From contig JAWXAT010000047.1 of assembly GCA_034439615.1 (NCBI GenBank), positions 133,984 to 197,983 on the forward strand: a DNA stretch of 64,000 nucleotides. Direction: 5' to 3'. How positions within the stretch are numbered: the stretch's first letter is position 1; each line of letters opens with the position of its first letter. The notes beneath the pieces are model-generated. The model searched no databases and was not told the DNA's origin. It saw nothing but the letters and a program-made list of their open reading frames with translations. The DNA comes from Oligoflexia bacterium. Its GTDB lineage: Bacteria; Bdellovibrionota; Bdellovibrionia; JABDDW01. A program made the position numbers and the translations under genes. This document shows positions 54,716 through 62,741 of this stretch, in pieces.

Positions 54716-56110
54716 TTATTTTGGATAAGTATCTTTGCATGTCATTCCACCGTAGTACATGAGGAAGTAGCGCGTCGCCATATACGGATACGTTTTAGTG
54801 ATCTCAAGAAATTCAGGCCATGCGTTTTGCTCTTTGGCCAAAATAGCAATTTCTTTGACAGGAGTATCCCACACATTTTTAGAAAGTTTTGGGTACGTTT
54901 CAAAATAATTCCAAAAAAATAACACGCTATAGACCAAGCTCACAATAACAAGGGTATTTTTAAACTGAGCCCAACGTTCAAGTGCTATAGCCAGCAAATA
55001 CCCGCTGACCAATGAAATAAAAGGCCAGGCACCTACTGATCTCAATGCATGGGGTATGCGTTCCCACGTCAGTGCAGCAGGCACGAGCCCAATAAGAAAA
55101 CCTAGAAGACAAAAGATCAAACGACGATCCCATGGTTTTTTTACTCTACTCTTAATTAAAAAAATAATTCCCATTCCTACAGCTAAGATATCAACCCAAC
55201 CTAACTCTCCAGTAAATTGTGTTGAGTGGCGAAGATTCGCATCTCCACTCCAAAATAAAAATACAGGGGACATATGCAAGAGTAGATTTTTAAGAAAAAC
55301 CGGAATAATTCCAAAAATACTTTCAATGTGATGATGATCCATATACTTCGCCGAAAAAATTCCAACAGCATTCATGCGCCTTTGCATATCACCATTTAAA
55401 ATGGGTAAGATCCAGGGTAAGCCAGTTGTCACAGCAACAACAACGGCCATAAAGAGAAGCGTAAATGTTTGCCTTGAAAACCCTTGATACCAAAAAATTA
55501 TTATGAAAAGTAGCGGGATCACCGCTCGAGCGGGCGGATAAGAATACATGGCCACTGAAAATAATAACCCTGCAAGCATTGCGTCCCAGATTTTGGTTCC
55601 TCGAATTAAAAAATAAATTCCCCACACCATTCCCATAGGAAATAATGTCGGATCATCAGCCGCAATACGCGACACTGAAAATGCCCAGGGTGACATTGTC
55701 GCTGCAAGTACAGTCATCAATGCCGCGGACTTTCCAAATAATTGATTTGCCAAAAACCAAAGCCCAATGATTGTCAGCGTGGTAACAAATGCTGACATTG
55801 CTCGAAAGGCAGATATTGAGTGTCCAAAAATCGCCGTCCAAATATATGCTGAATAAATATGAATGGGGCTATAATAACCTTCTCCACCATCTGCAAACAA
55901 TGGATATGAGACTCCGGCAGCGTCATGCCCCCATTCTTGTAAACACATTACATGAGCAGCACCGCGCGCTTCATCGGCATAAAATCCCGGCGGCGATTGT
56001 TCAAGTCCCACAAAGCGAATAACCGCCCATGCGATAATCAGAAAAATGCAAAATGATAGTTTGTGAGACCAAAAATAATTATTTTTCAAGATACTGTTCG
56101 GGATCCTCAA
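54716..56110 (-). CDS. GT39/ArnT-like (GT-C fold) membrane glycosyltransferase
   Basis: 464 aa and polytopic. The first-loop motif PPGFYADEARGA resembles the ArnT/PMT DE motif. Confidence 0.65.
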   Translation of the reverse strand: MRIPNSILKNNYFWSHKLSFCIFLIIAWAVIRFVGLEQSPPGFYADEARGAAHVMCLQEWGHDAAGVSYPLFADGGEGYYSPIHIYSAYIWTAIFGHSISAFRAMSAFVTTLTIIGLWFLANQLFGKSAALMTVLAATMSPWAFSVSRIAADDPTLFPMGMVWGIYFLIRGTKIWDAMLAGLLFSVAMYSYPPARAVIPLLFIIIFWYQGFSRQTFTLLFMAVVVAVTTGLPWILPILNGDMQRRMNAVGIFSAKYMDHHHIESIFGIIPVFLKNLLLHMSPVFLFWSGDANLRHSTQFTGELGWVDILAVGMGIIFLIKSRVKKPWDRRLIFCLLGFLIGLVPAALTWERIPHALRSVGAWPFISLVSGYLLAIALERWAQFKNTLVIVSLVYSVLFFWNYFETYPKLSKNVWDTPVKEIAILAKEQNAWPEFLEITKTYPYMATRYFLMYYGGMTCKDTYPK

Positions 56111-56918
56111 AACATTTTTTAAAGATCTTACTCATATGAGCAGCATGAACGCCGTCCATAAAACGATGATCAAAAACCACACCAACGGTCATTCCATTTC
56201 GAGCTACAACTTGGTGATTAATCACAAATGGCATTTCGCGAATTGAACCAACTGAAATCAACAAAGGCATTCTTGAGTATGTGATCAAAGGGGGAAGTGC
56301 AACCTCAACCCCGAAACTTCCAACATTTGTAATAAGCACTGACCCAAAAGGATCTCTAGGAACTCCGAGCCACGAAAAATTTAAATTAAGTCCGTAAGTG
56401 AGCCATGAGGCAAATGATAAAAACCATTTCATCATGAACCACGGGATCCATTCGATGAGTGTGAAATTGCGTTCAAATTTTAAGTCTTTGCGATCACGAA
56501 TAATTTCAGCTCTTTTTTGAAGTGCCAAGACTAGTTCTTTTAAAGTTAAATCATCAGCATCTTCGATTGTTGCGCCAGATAAGATGGCCTTGCCCGTTTT
56601 ATCACCTTCTTTGGGTGGAATATTCACACTGAAAAACAGAGCAATTTTATCACGAAGATAAATGCGACTTCCTCTGATTAAACCATTTATTTCAGGACGA
56701 TCTTTGAGACATCGCTTGATTGCCATACCGACAAGATGAACAGGAGAAACCTTGATATTATGAGCGCGACCGTAGTCTTCCATGAATTTAAGAGCTTTGG
56801 TCATATCGATTTCTAACCACGAGTAAACGCTCCCCTCGTGAGGGGTACGCCAACTTCCCATAGCTATTTTTCGAAATACTGGAGCACGGTCAACCCGTGT
56901 AAGTGCGATGCGACCCAT
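56079..56918 (-). CDS. stand-alone 2-oxoacid dehydrogenase E2-type acyltransferase catalytic domain (no lipoyl domain)
   Basis: It has the catalytic motif VFDHRFMDGVHAAHM and the E2 catalytic-domain N-terminal pattern (RKIAMGSW...EIDMTKALKF). It overlaps the GT39-like gene by 32 nt. Confidence 0.75.
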   Translation of the reverse strand: MGRIALTRVDRAPVFRKIAMGSWRTPHEGSVYSWLEIDMTKALKFMEDYGRAHNIKVSPVHLVGMAIKRCLKDRPEINGLIRGSRIYLRDKIALFFSVNIPPKEGDKTGKAILSGATIEDADDLTLKELVLALQKRAEIIRDRKDLKFERNFTLIEWIPWFMMKWFLSFASWLTYGLNLNFSWLGVPRDPFGSVLITNVGSFGVEVALPPLITYSRMPLLISVGSIREMPFVINHQVVARNGMTVGVVFDHRFMDGVHAAHMSKIFKKCFEDPEQYLEK

Positions 56919-56960
56919 ATTGATATTATTTTGTCATCTTGATTGGTAAGTCAACGAACT

Positions 56961-57170
56961 CTAGTCGCCAGCTGGACGATCTTTTAAAATACCTAAATCA
57001 TTACCATGAGTCGTTGCATTGATAATTTGTGAATTTTCTTTATCGGGCTTGCCATCATCGGGCGGGCCAATTTTACGTTGTGCAATTGATGCAGCGTTTG
57101 CTTGTTTTTCTAGCTCTTCCACTGTTAGGTTTTTTAGTTTTTGTTGTTGTTCAGGAATTGGATTTTCCAT
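56961..57170 (-). CDS. small hypothetical protein (69 aa)
   Basis: ATG 57170 lies 8 nt after AAGGAG. The product is hydrophilic and helical. Confidence 0.4.
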   Translation of the reverse strand: MENPIPEQQQKLKNLTVEELEKQANAASIAQRKIGPPDDGKPDKENSQIINATTHGNDLGILKDRPAGD

Positions 57171-57259
57171 ATTTCTATTCTCCTTCAATTTTTTACGCAG
57201 ATCGTACAATATACCACAATAAGAGCTTACTCTATAGTTTTATTGTGGAATATTCAGAG

Positions 57260-57727
57260 CTACTTAATATCTAACGCTTTTTTGACTCGCGCTAAATCAA
57301 AGGCCACGGCTGAATCTTTAAGAGTCCAAAAACTTTTTTCATGGGTACGTGTATAAACAACCCAAAAAGGGAGTGCTATAACCTTAAGATCTTTGAGCAA
57401 AGTTTGGCTGAGATCGCGAATCACAGGAATTTGAAGGCGATTTTTTGTTACATAATCTGCCGCACGCTCACGGTCTTCATCCGCATTCACGGTAATGACA
57501 TCGACTTCTGGATTTTGATTAAGCTCAGGTAAAGTCGTTGTCAACTTACCCTTACACTCTGAACACCAAGTGGCCCAAAAAACCACCAGTTGTTTATTCT
57601 TTTTTTCTTCAAGTGTTACTGGTTTTCCGAAGACATCTTCATATTTATAAACAGGAAGTGCATGGGCTAGATTTAATAAACAGGTTTGAATTAAAACCCC
57701 TAAAAATATCACCACTCTAGTTCTCAT
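57260..57727 (-). CDS. TlpA/ResA-like periplasmic thioredoxin
   Basis: It has a signal peptide and FWATWCSECK (CxxC). Confidence 0.8.
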   Translation of the reverse strand: MRTRVVIFLGVLIQTCLLNLAHALPVYKYEDVFGKPVTLEEKKNKQLVVFWATWCSECKGKLTTTLPELNQNPEVDVITVNADEDRERAADYVTKNRLQIPVIRDLSQTLLKDLKVIALPFWVVYTRTHEKSFWTLKDSAVAFDLARVKKALDIK

Positions 57728-58252
57728 TTAATTTTCCCAATCTCCTGTGTGTGATAAAATCTCATCCATTTTCACCACCCCGTGCTTACTTAAGACCACC
57801 CCTTTTTCAGGAGAATGAATCACAATGCATGGAACTGTATTTTGCGAACAATGTTTTTTAAACACAATTGACTCTGTATCGTAGGCAACTGTCCACGGAA
57901 CACCCAATCGCGATTTCCAATCTTGCGCATCTATAAGAATGGCGCCCACAATTATACTCACTAATTTAATTTTTGATGGCGCGATATTTTGATCACGAAG
58001 GTGCGATCTAAAACTTTTTGCCTCTTCAGCACATACGGTACAACTATCTGAAGCAAATTGGAGAACGGTAATTTTATTCCCATCACTTGCTAAATTAATT
58101 AATGAGCCATCCGTTGTCGGAAGTTCTCCCGCCAATGAAGAAGCGGTAAGTCTTTTTTTAACTCCTGGAATTTCAGTAAATTTATCACCACAACTTAAAA
58201 CAAAAAACAAACATAAGAGCATGATCAAGCGCATGTTTTTTAGAAGGTCCAT
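57728..58252 (-). CDS. thioredoxin-fold lipoprotein
   Basis: It has the lipobox FVLSCG and FASDSCTVCAEE (CxxC). Confidence 0.7.
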   Translation of the reverse strand: MDLLKNMRLIMLLCLFFVLSCGDKFTEIPGVKKRLTASSLAGELPTTDGSLINLASDGNKITVLQFASDSCTVCAEEAKSFRSHLRDQNIAPSKIKLVSIIVGAILIDAQDWKSRLGVPWTVAYDTESIVFKKHCSQNTVPCIVIHSPEKGVVLSKHGVVKMDEILSHTGDWEN

Positions 58253-59265
58253 GTGATACCTCCTAGTACTGACCCGCCATTAGCTATTTGTGCTACGTAA
58301 TAAGCACCTGTAAGTTGAAACCGCCAATCGCCATAAGAATATTGAAACCCCAGACCATACTGATCAGTGCCGACTTTTGTTTTTGTATCAGTGCGAGGTT
58401 CATATTCACTCTCAATAAGTAAACCGTATGAAACTGAGAGCAAAAGATCATAAATGGGCTCATATGTTACAGCGAGTTCACCTTTTGCCAAATTGAAATA
58501 TCCACGCTCGTCATGAAGTGCTGATTGTTCATCTTCACTGATGTACCCAGCCATACCTTGCAAATAAATATGACGAGTAAGTGCATAACCCAATCTATCT
58601 TCAATGCCAAAATTTCTGGGTCGTTCGCCTAATCGTTGGGTAGATGTTGTCTTTACAAGATTTTTCATTTTTTTACTGATGATTTGTTCATAATATAAAG
58701 CAATGCTTGATGTGTTTATTGTAACAGCACGAGCTTTTGTCGCCAAATCACGATCAATAAAATAGCTTAAGGGTTGAACTTGTTGTTGATACGAATATTC
58801 CACACCAAGCAATGTAGATTTATTAAAAAAACCCTCTTCAAATGAAAGATCGATTTTTTGCATTTTAAAAGGAGAATCAGAAAGTGAACTGGTTACTCTT
58901 AAATTTGCACTGTGTGAACTTGTTGCAAGTGTTAAGTGAGCCATACCTTGATACTCTTGGGTTCTTTTTTTACCGATTTCTGAAAGTCGCCGTTCATTTC
59001 CCTGACGATCTCGTACGATGTAACTTGAATAATCTGGCTGCAATACCGTCACACTTGAAGCAATACTGGCAATATCACCAAGATTTTGAATTCGATACTC
59101 ATATGTGTGTTCTGTTCGTTTAACCTGACTCGAAGATGTGTTAGCCGTAGTAACGGGCTGACTAAGTGCTGACTGCATTTGGTATTGAGTATAAAATTGC
59201 TGAGAAAAGCCCCAACTAAGTTGAGGCCAAACCAAAATAATTATTAGTGAGCACAAGTTGCGCAT
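58240..59265 (-). CDS. DUF3570-like outer-membrane beta-barrel protein (tentative family call)
   Basis: It has a signal peptide, alternating beta-strand pattern and a terminal ...GGITWTF. The family call rests on its position after a DUF4266-like gene. Confidence 0.6.
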   Translation of the reverse strand: MRNLCSLIIILVWPQLSWGFSQQFYTQYQMQSALSQPVTTANTSSSQVKRTEHTYEYRIQNLGDIASIASSVTVLQPDYSSYIVRDRQGNERRLSEIGKKRTQEYQGMAHLTLATSSHSANLRVTSSLSDSPFKMQKIDLSFEEGFFNKSTLLGVEYSYQQQVQPLSYFIDRDLATKARAVTINTSSIALYYEQIISKKMKNLVKTTSTQRLGERPRNFGIEDRLGYALTRHIYLQGMAGYISEDEQSALHDERGYFNLAKGELAVTYEPIYDLLLSVSYGLLIESEYEPRTDTKTKVGTDQYGLGFQYSYGDWRFQLTGAYYVAQIANGGSVLGGITWTF

Positions 59266-59441
59266 GCGACTCCAGCTGATGACTGACTTACAGCATTTAA
59301 ATTAGTTAACACACTCTGTGACGCTGGAGTCAGTCGGTTTTTTAGTTCCATAGCTGGGTGATTTACATACCCCCGCTCCACATCACTCATGGAAGCACAA
59401 CCCACTACCAATGCTGTTACTAAAACCAATAATCGAATCAT
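59244..59441 (-). CDS. DUF4266-like small lipoprotein with C-terminal CxxC
   Basis: 65 aa. It has the lipobox LVVGCA, VERGYVNHPAM (ERG motif) and ends GVACATCAH. Confidence 0.6.
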   Translation of the reverse strand: MIRLLVLVTALVVGCASMSDVERGYVNHPAMELKNRLTPASQSVLTNLNAVSQSSAGVACATCAH

Positions 59442-59941
59442 TATTGCGCTAATATTTTGCTTAATTCAGCATAATTGGCGTCAGACCATCCGCCGATATG
59501 TTTGTAGATAACTTTATTAGTTTTATCGACGACGTAAGTTGTGGGCGTGGAATAAGTATTGTATGCTTGAGCGACTGCTCGTTTTGAATCTAAAGGCACT
59601 TCAAATTTTATTAGATCTTGATACTTTCTAACAAAATCTACGACGGCTTGCTCGTTGCGATCTATAGCAATCAAACGAGTAGTGGTTGTTGTTTGTGCTT
59701 CTATTGAAAGCTTGGTGAGATTAGGAAGATTATCTATGCAGGATCCACAAGTTGTTTGAAAGAAATCTAAGAGCAAATACTGTGTACCTTCGTTGCGATC
59801 ACAAAGTGAGTGATTTGCGCGTGAACCATCAACTTTTATCTGATCAACGTTCAAACAGGGAGCTTGGTCACCAACCTCGGTTGCGAGAGCTGAAAACGAA
59901 AGTAATAAAATTGCAAACACGGTTAATGTGCCTTTAAGCAT
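59441..59941 (-). CDS. TlpA-like periplasmic thioredoxin
   Basis: It has a signal peptide and FFQTTCGSCIDN (CxxC). Its stop overlaps the next start (TAATG). Confidence 0.8.
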   Translation of the reverse strand: MLKGTLTVFAILLLSFSALATEVGDQAPCLNVDQIKVDGSRANHSLCDRNEGTQYLLLDFFQTTCGSCIDNLPNLTKLSIEAQTTTTTRLIAIDRNEQAVVDFVRKYQDLIKFEVPLDSKRAVAQAYNTYSTPTTYVVDKTNKVIYKHIGGWSDANYAELSKILAQ

Positions 59942-60178
59942 TGAAACCCCCAGTTTAAAGATGTGGGCTCGGTTAGCCCCAATCCTGTTTTAATTGTTTT
60001 GATATGTGATTCCGCCCTAAACGGATATCCCAAGTTATCTCGATTTGGCTTTATTGGGAAACATAAACTTGCACTTAACGCTCTGCGATTGAGCAATTAG
60101 TTTAATATCGAAATTGTTTGCAGCGCTGCTCTGGTTTGCTAAAAGTTTAATAGAGTTAACAAACATAGGAGGTAGCCC

Positions 60179-60658
60179 ATGAAGTTTTTAAATATGATAG
60201 CGATCATAGCCCTTTTTTCAATCAGTGCCGTCGCAGGTGAGAAATCCACAAGTAATAACCCAAACTATCTTTTACGATACACACTCCACCCTGGGTATTC
60301 ACATCAACCCGTTAAAACCACTACTACTGTCTATATAAATGGAATTGTTTTGCATGAGTCACATGCGTTTCAAGAAAACGTTATCAAAACCACAAGGGTT
60401 GCAAAACTTAGCCCCCCAAGTGTTGCTAATTTAATGGCCGCCATTAAACGCATTAATGCAACTGACCTTGTTGATCTCGATGACGGAGGGCCGATATGTA
60501 TGGATGAATCCACACCAGTTTTTGAAGTGAAAAAAGGCACTGAAGAAGCCATTGTCATCTCAACGCATAAAGAATGTCATCGATTCGAAATGCCAAATTC
60601 AGCTGAGGCTCGCAAGCTTAAAAACTTATTAATGGCTTTGTCTGAACTATCACCTTAA
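60179..60658 (+). CDS. hypothetical secreted protein
   Basis: It has a signal peptide (LFSISAVAG) and AGGAGG SD. Confidence 0.55.
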   Translation: MKFLNMIAIIALFSISAVAGEKSTSNNPNYLLRYTLHPGYSHQPVKTTTTVYINGIVLHESHAFQENVIKTTRVAKLSPPSVANLMAAIKRINATDLVDLDDGGPICMDESTPVFEVKKGTEEAIVISTHKECHRFEMPNSAEARKLKNLLMALSELSP

Positions 60659-60815
60659 ATCATGGGACTTTTTGAACCTGTATTTATTCCAAATCTTGGA
60701 ACAAACCACATACCCCAAAATCTCCAAATATACTTTATTTGCAACTGACCTCACTCATGATGGGGTCAGTTTATTGCAATGAGAAAGTCGAATCATAAAG
60801 TACAAGGGGGCATTC

Positions 60816-62741
60816 GTGCTTGGAGTTCGATTTTTAGGTTTTTTATTTACGCTTCTTGTTTTTGTCAGTAGCTCAGCTTTTGGCCAGACAGATAACAGAC
60901 TCAGACTTATGTTTTTAGATGTCGAAGACCCCCATGAAGTCGACTCCTGGATCGTCGAACTCAACCTACAACCATCCCCGACCTGTCCTAGTGATTATTG
61001 CAATGATGAGTTTATAGCTTCACGCCCGACGTTGCATGTTAAAGGCCAAGAGGAAATTTTAAAGTATATAAAAGAAAAAAAGATTTTCTCAAATGCCGTT
61101 TTTATTTCTGGCCATCATTCAGCAGGTTTTTTTGGAGTTAAAGGTAGGTTTTCTAAACTCTCTCTTGAAGTACTTACTGATGATCAGGCATGTCTTCCAT
61201 TTTTTTGTAAACCAAAGTTTGTCTATTTAGGAGGGTGTTACACAACAGCAAGTCGATTTGCTGAAGTAGAAATTGACCCGTATCAATATCTTCAAAGAGT
61301 ACTCACCCATGAGAATGAAGTGCCTCGCACACAATTGATTATTTCTGCGATCCATCAAATTGCCAATAAAGGTGATAAAAATCCGTACGCCCCTGTTTTT
61401 CCAAATGCCACACTTTTTGGTTACGATGAACGAGGGCCAGGCAAAAATTCAATTCCATACATAAAAATTTTAGTTTCTTCATTTTTAAATTACTTAAAGC
61501 AGTTAACCAGGGCCCCAACATCTTCGACTGCTTTATTTGAACTTTTAAAACTAGATAGAAACCATAGCCACTATGCCCAAGCTTCGAAGTGGTGGTCAGA
61601 AGAGGGCTCCAGAGTGAGCACTACAAAAAGTGCGAGCTATTTTCCTGATCATCCGATTATGCAAAGTAATATTGATCTAGAAAAATTTCAAAAAAACACA
61701 AAATCACAAACCGAACTACTGTTTCAAATGAGTCTTGCACTTATCGATAATTCAAACACTTGGGGTTTTACAGTTGATCAAAGTCGACTACTGTTACAAG
61801 ATTTAGATAATGCACTTGAGGGAGCGGCAAGCCCGCCAACAGAGCTGAAAAATAAATTAACACAAGCTGCGCTTAAAATCTTAAGCGATAACCCTACACA
61901 AAAAGTTTTAGCACTTCACGCATTGAGAATCTCACGCTCTGATAACCCAAGTGTTCATAAAATGGTGGCTCAAGAATTAAAAAACGAAGACATTTACATT
62001 CGACAAGCGGCAATTAAAGCTTTAGATAAATTTCAATCAAAAGATCATCAAATTCTTGAAGCAATCTTAGAAGCATTTAGCGATTCAAATGAAATGATCA
62101 GGGCTTTTGCGGCATCTGTTGTTGGTCGAATGAAACCAAAAGATCATAAAACACATCTTGCCTTAGCCGGGTTATTACAAGATCAAACAGAGAGTGTTGT
62201 TTTAAATGCGCTTGATGCTTTAGTGACTATTGAAACTACAGATGCATCGATACTTCAAACTATTGTTAGTCTTTTAAAAACATCTACTTATAAAGATGTA
62301 AAAATTCGCGCAGCTTATGTGTTTCAATTTATCAAACACAGAAATGAAGTTATTAATCTTGCACTTGGTGAGGCCCTTAATGACTCAAATAGTTTTGTAC
62401 GCTTAAATGCTGCATTAGCATTAGGCCTTAACAAGAATTCTTTGCTCCAAGCACAATCTGTTCTTGTTGAATTGTTAAATGATTCAGAACCATGGGTGCG
62501 AGCGAATGCGGTTCGCGGATTAGGTGTTATAAAATCTCCAAATACAGAGATTCAAATGGCAATTTCCAAAATGATTTCTGATTCTGATGCCAACACAAGA
62601 ATGAATGCCATACTGGCTCTTATTCCCGTTAAGGTTCAAGACACATCGATTTTGGCAGCCATAACACTTGCACTTACAGATTCAGATGAGTTTACACGCC
62701 TTGCAGCTCAAGATTTTTTCAAGGCCCGTGCTCCTCATTGA
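60816..62741 (+). CDS. secreted HEAT-repeat protein with N-terminal domain of unknown function
   Basis: It has a GTG start and a signal peptide. The C-terminal 300 aa form repeated units of about 31 aa (D.n..vR..A..aLg) typical of PBS-lyase HEAT-like repeats. Confidence 0.7.
   Translation: MLGVRFLGFLFTLLVFVSSSAFGQTDNRLRLMFLDVEDPHEVDSWIVELNLQPSPTCPSDYCNDEFIASRPTLHVKGQEEILKYIKEKKIFSNAVFISGHHSAGFFGVKGRFSKLSLEVLTDDQACLPFFCKPKFVYLGGCYTTASRFAEVEIDPYQYLQRVLTHENEVPRTQLIISAIHQIANKGDKNPYAPVFPNATLFGYDERGPGKNSIPYIKILVSSFLNYLKQLTRAPTSSTALFELLKLDRNHSHYAQASKWWSEEGSRVSTTKSASYFPDHPIMQSNIDLEKFQKNTKSQTELLFQMSLALIDNSNTWGFTVDQSRLLLQDLDNALEGAASPPTELKNKLTQAALKILSDNPTQKVLALHALRISRSDNPSVHKMVAQELKNEDIYIRQAAIKALDKFQSKDHQILEAILEAFSDSNEMIRAFAASVVGRMKPKDHKTHLALAGLLQDQTESVVLNALDALVTIETTDASILQTIVSLLKTSTYKDVKIRAAYVFQFIKHRNEVINLALGEALNDSNSFVRLNAALALGLNKNSLLQAQSVLVELLNDSEPWVRANAVRGLGVIKSPNTEIQMAISKMISDSDANTRMNAILALIPVKVQDTSILAAITLALTDSDEFTRLAAQDFFKARAPH

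Noticed and set aside
60755-60964. 69-aa minus-strand ORF overlapping the start of the HEAT-repeat gene, plus the hairpin AACTGACC-N13-GGTCAGTT at 60743-60771.
   Set aside because: The ORF has no SD and overlaps a better-supported gene. The hairpin lacks a U-tract and may simply be promoter-region structure. There is not enough evidence to call a feature.
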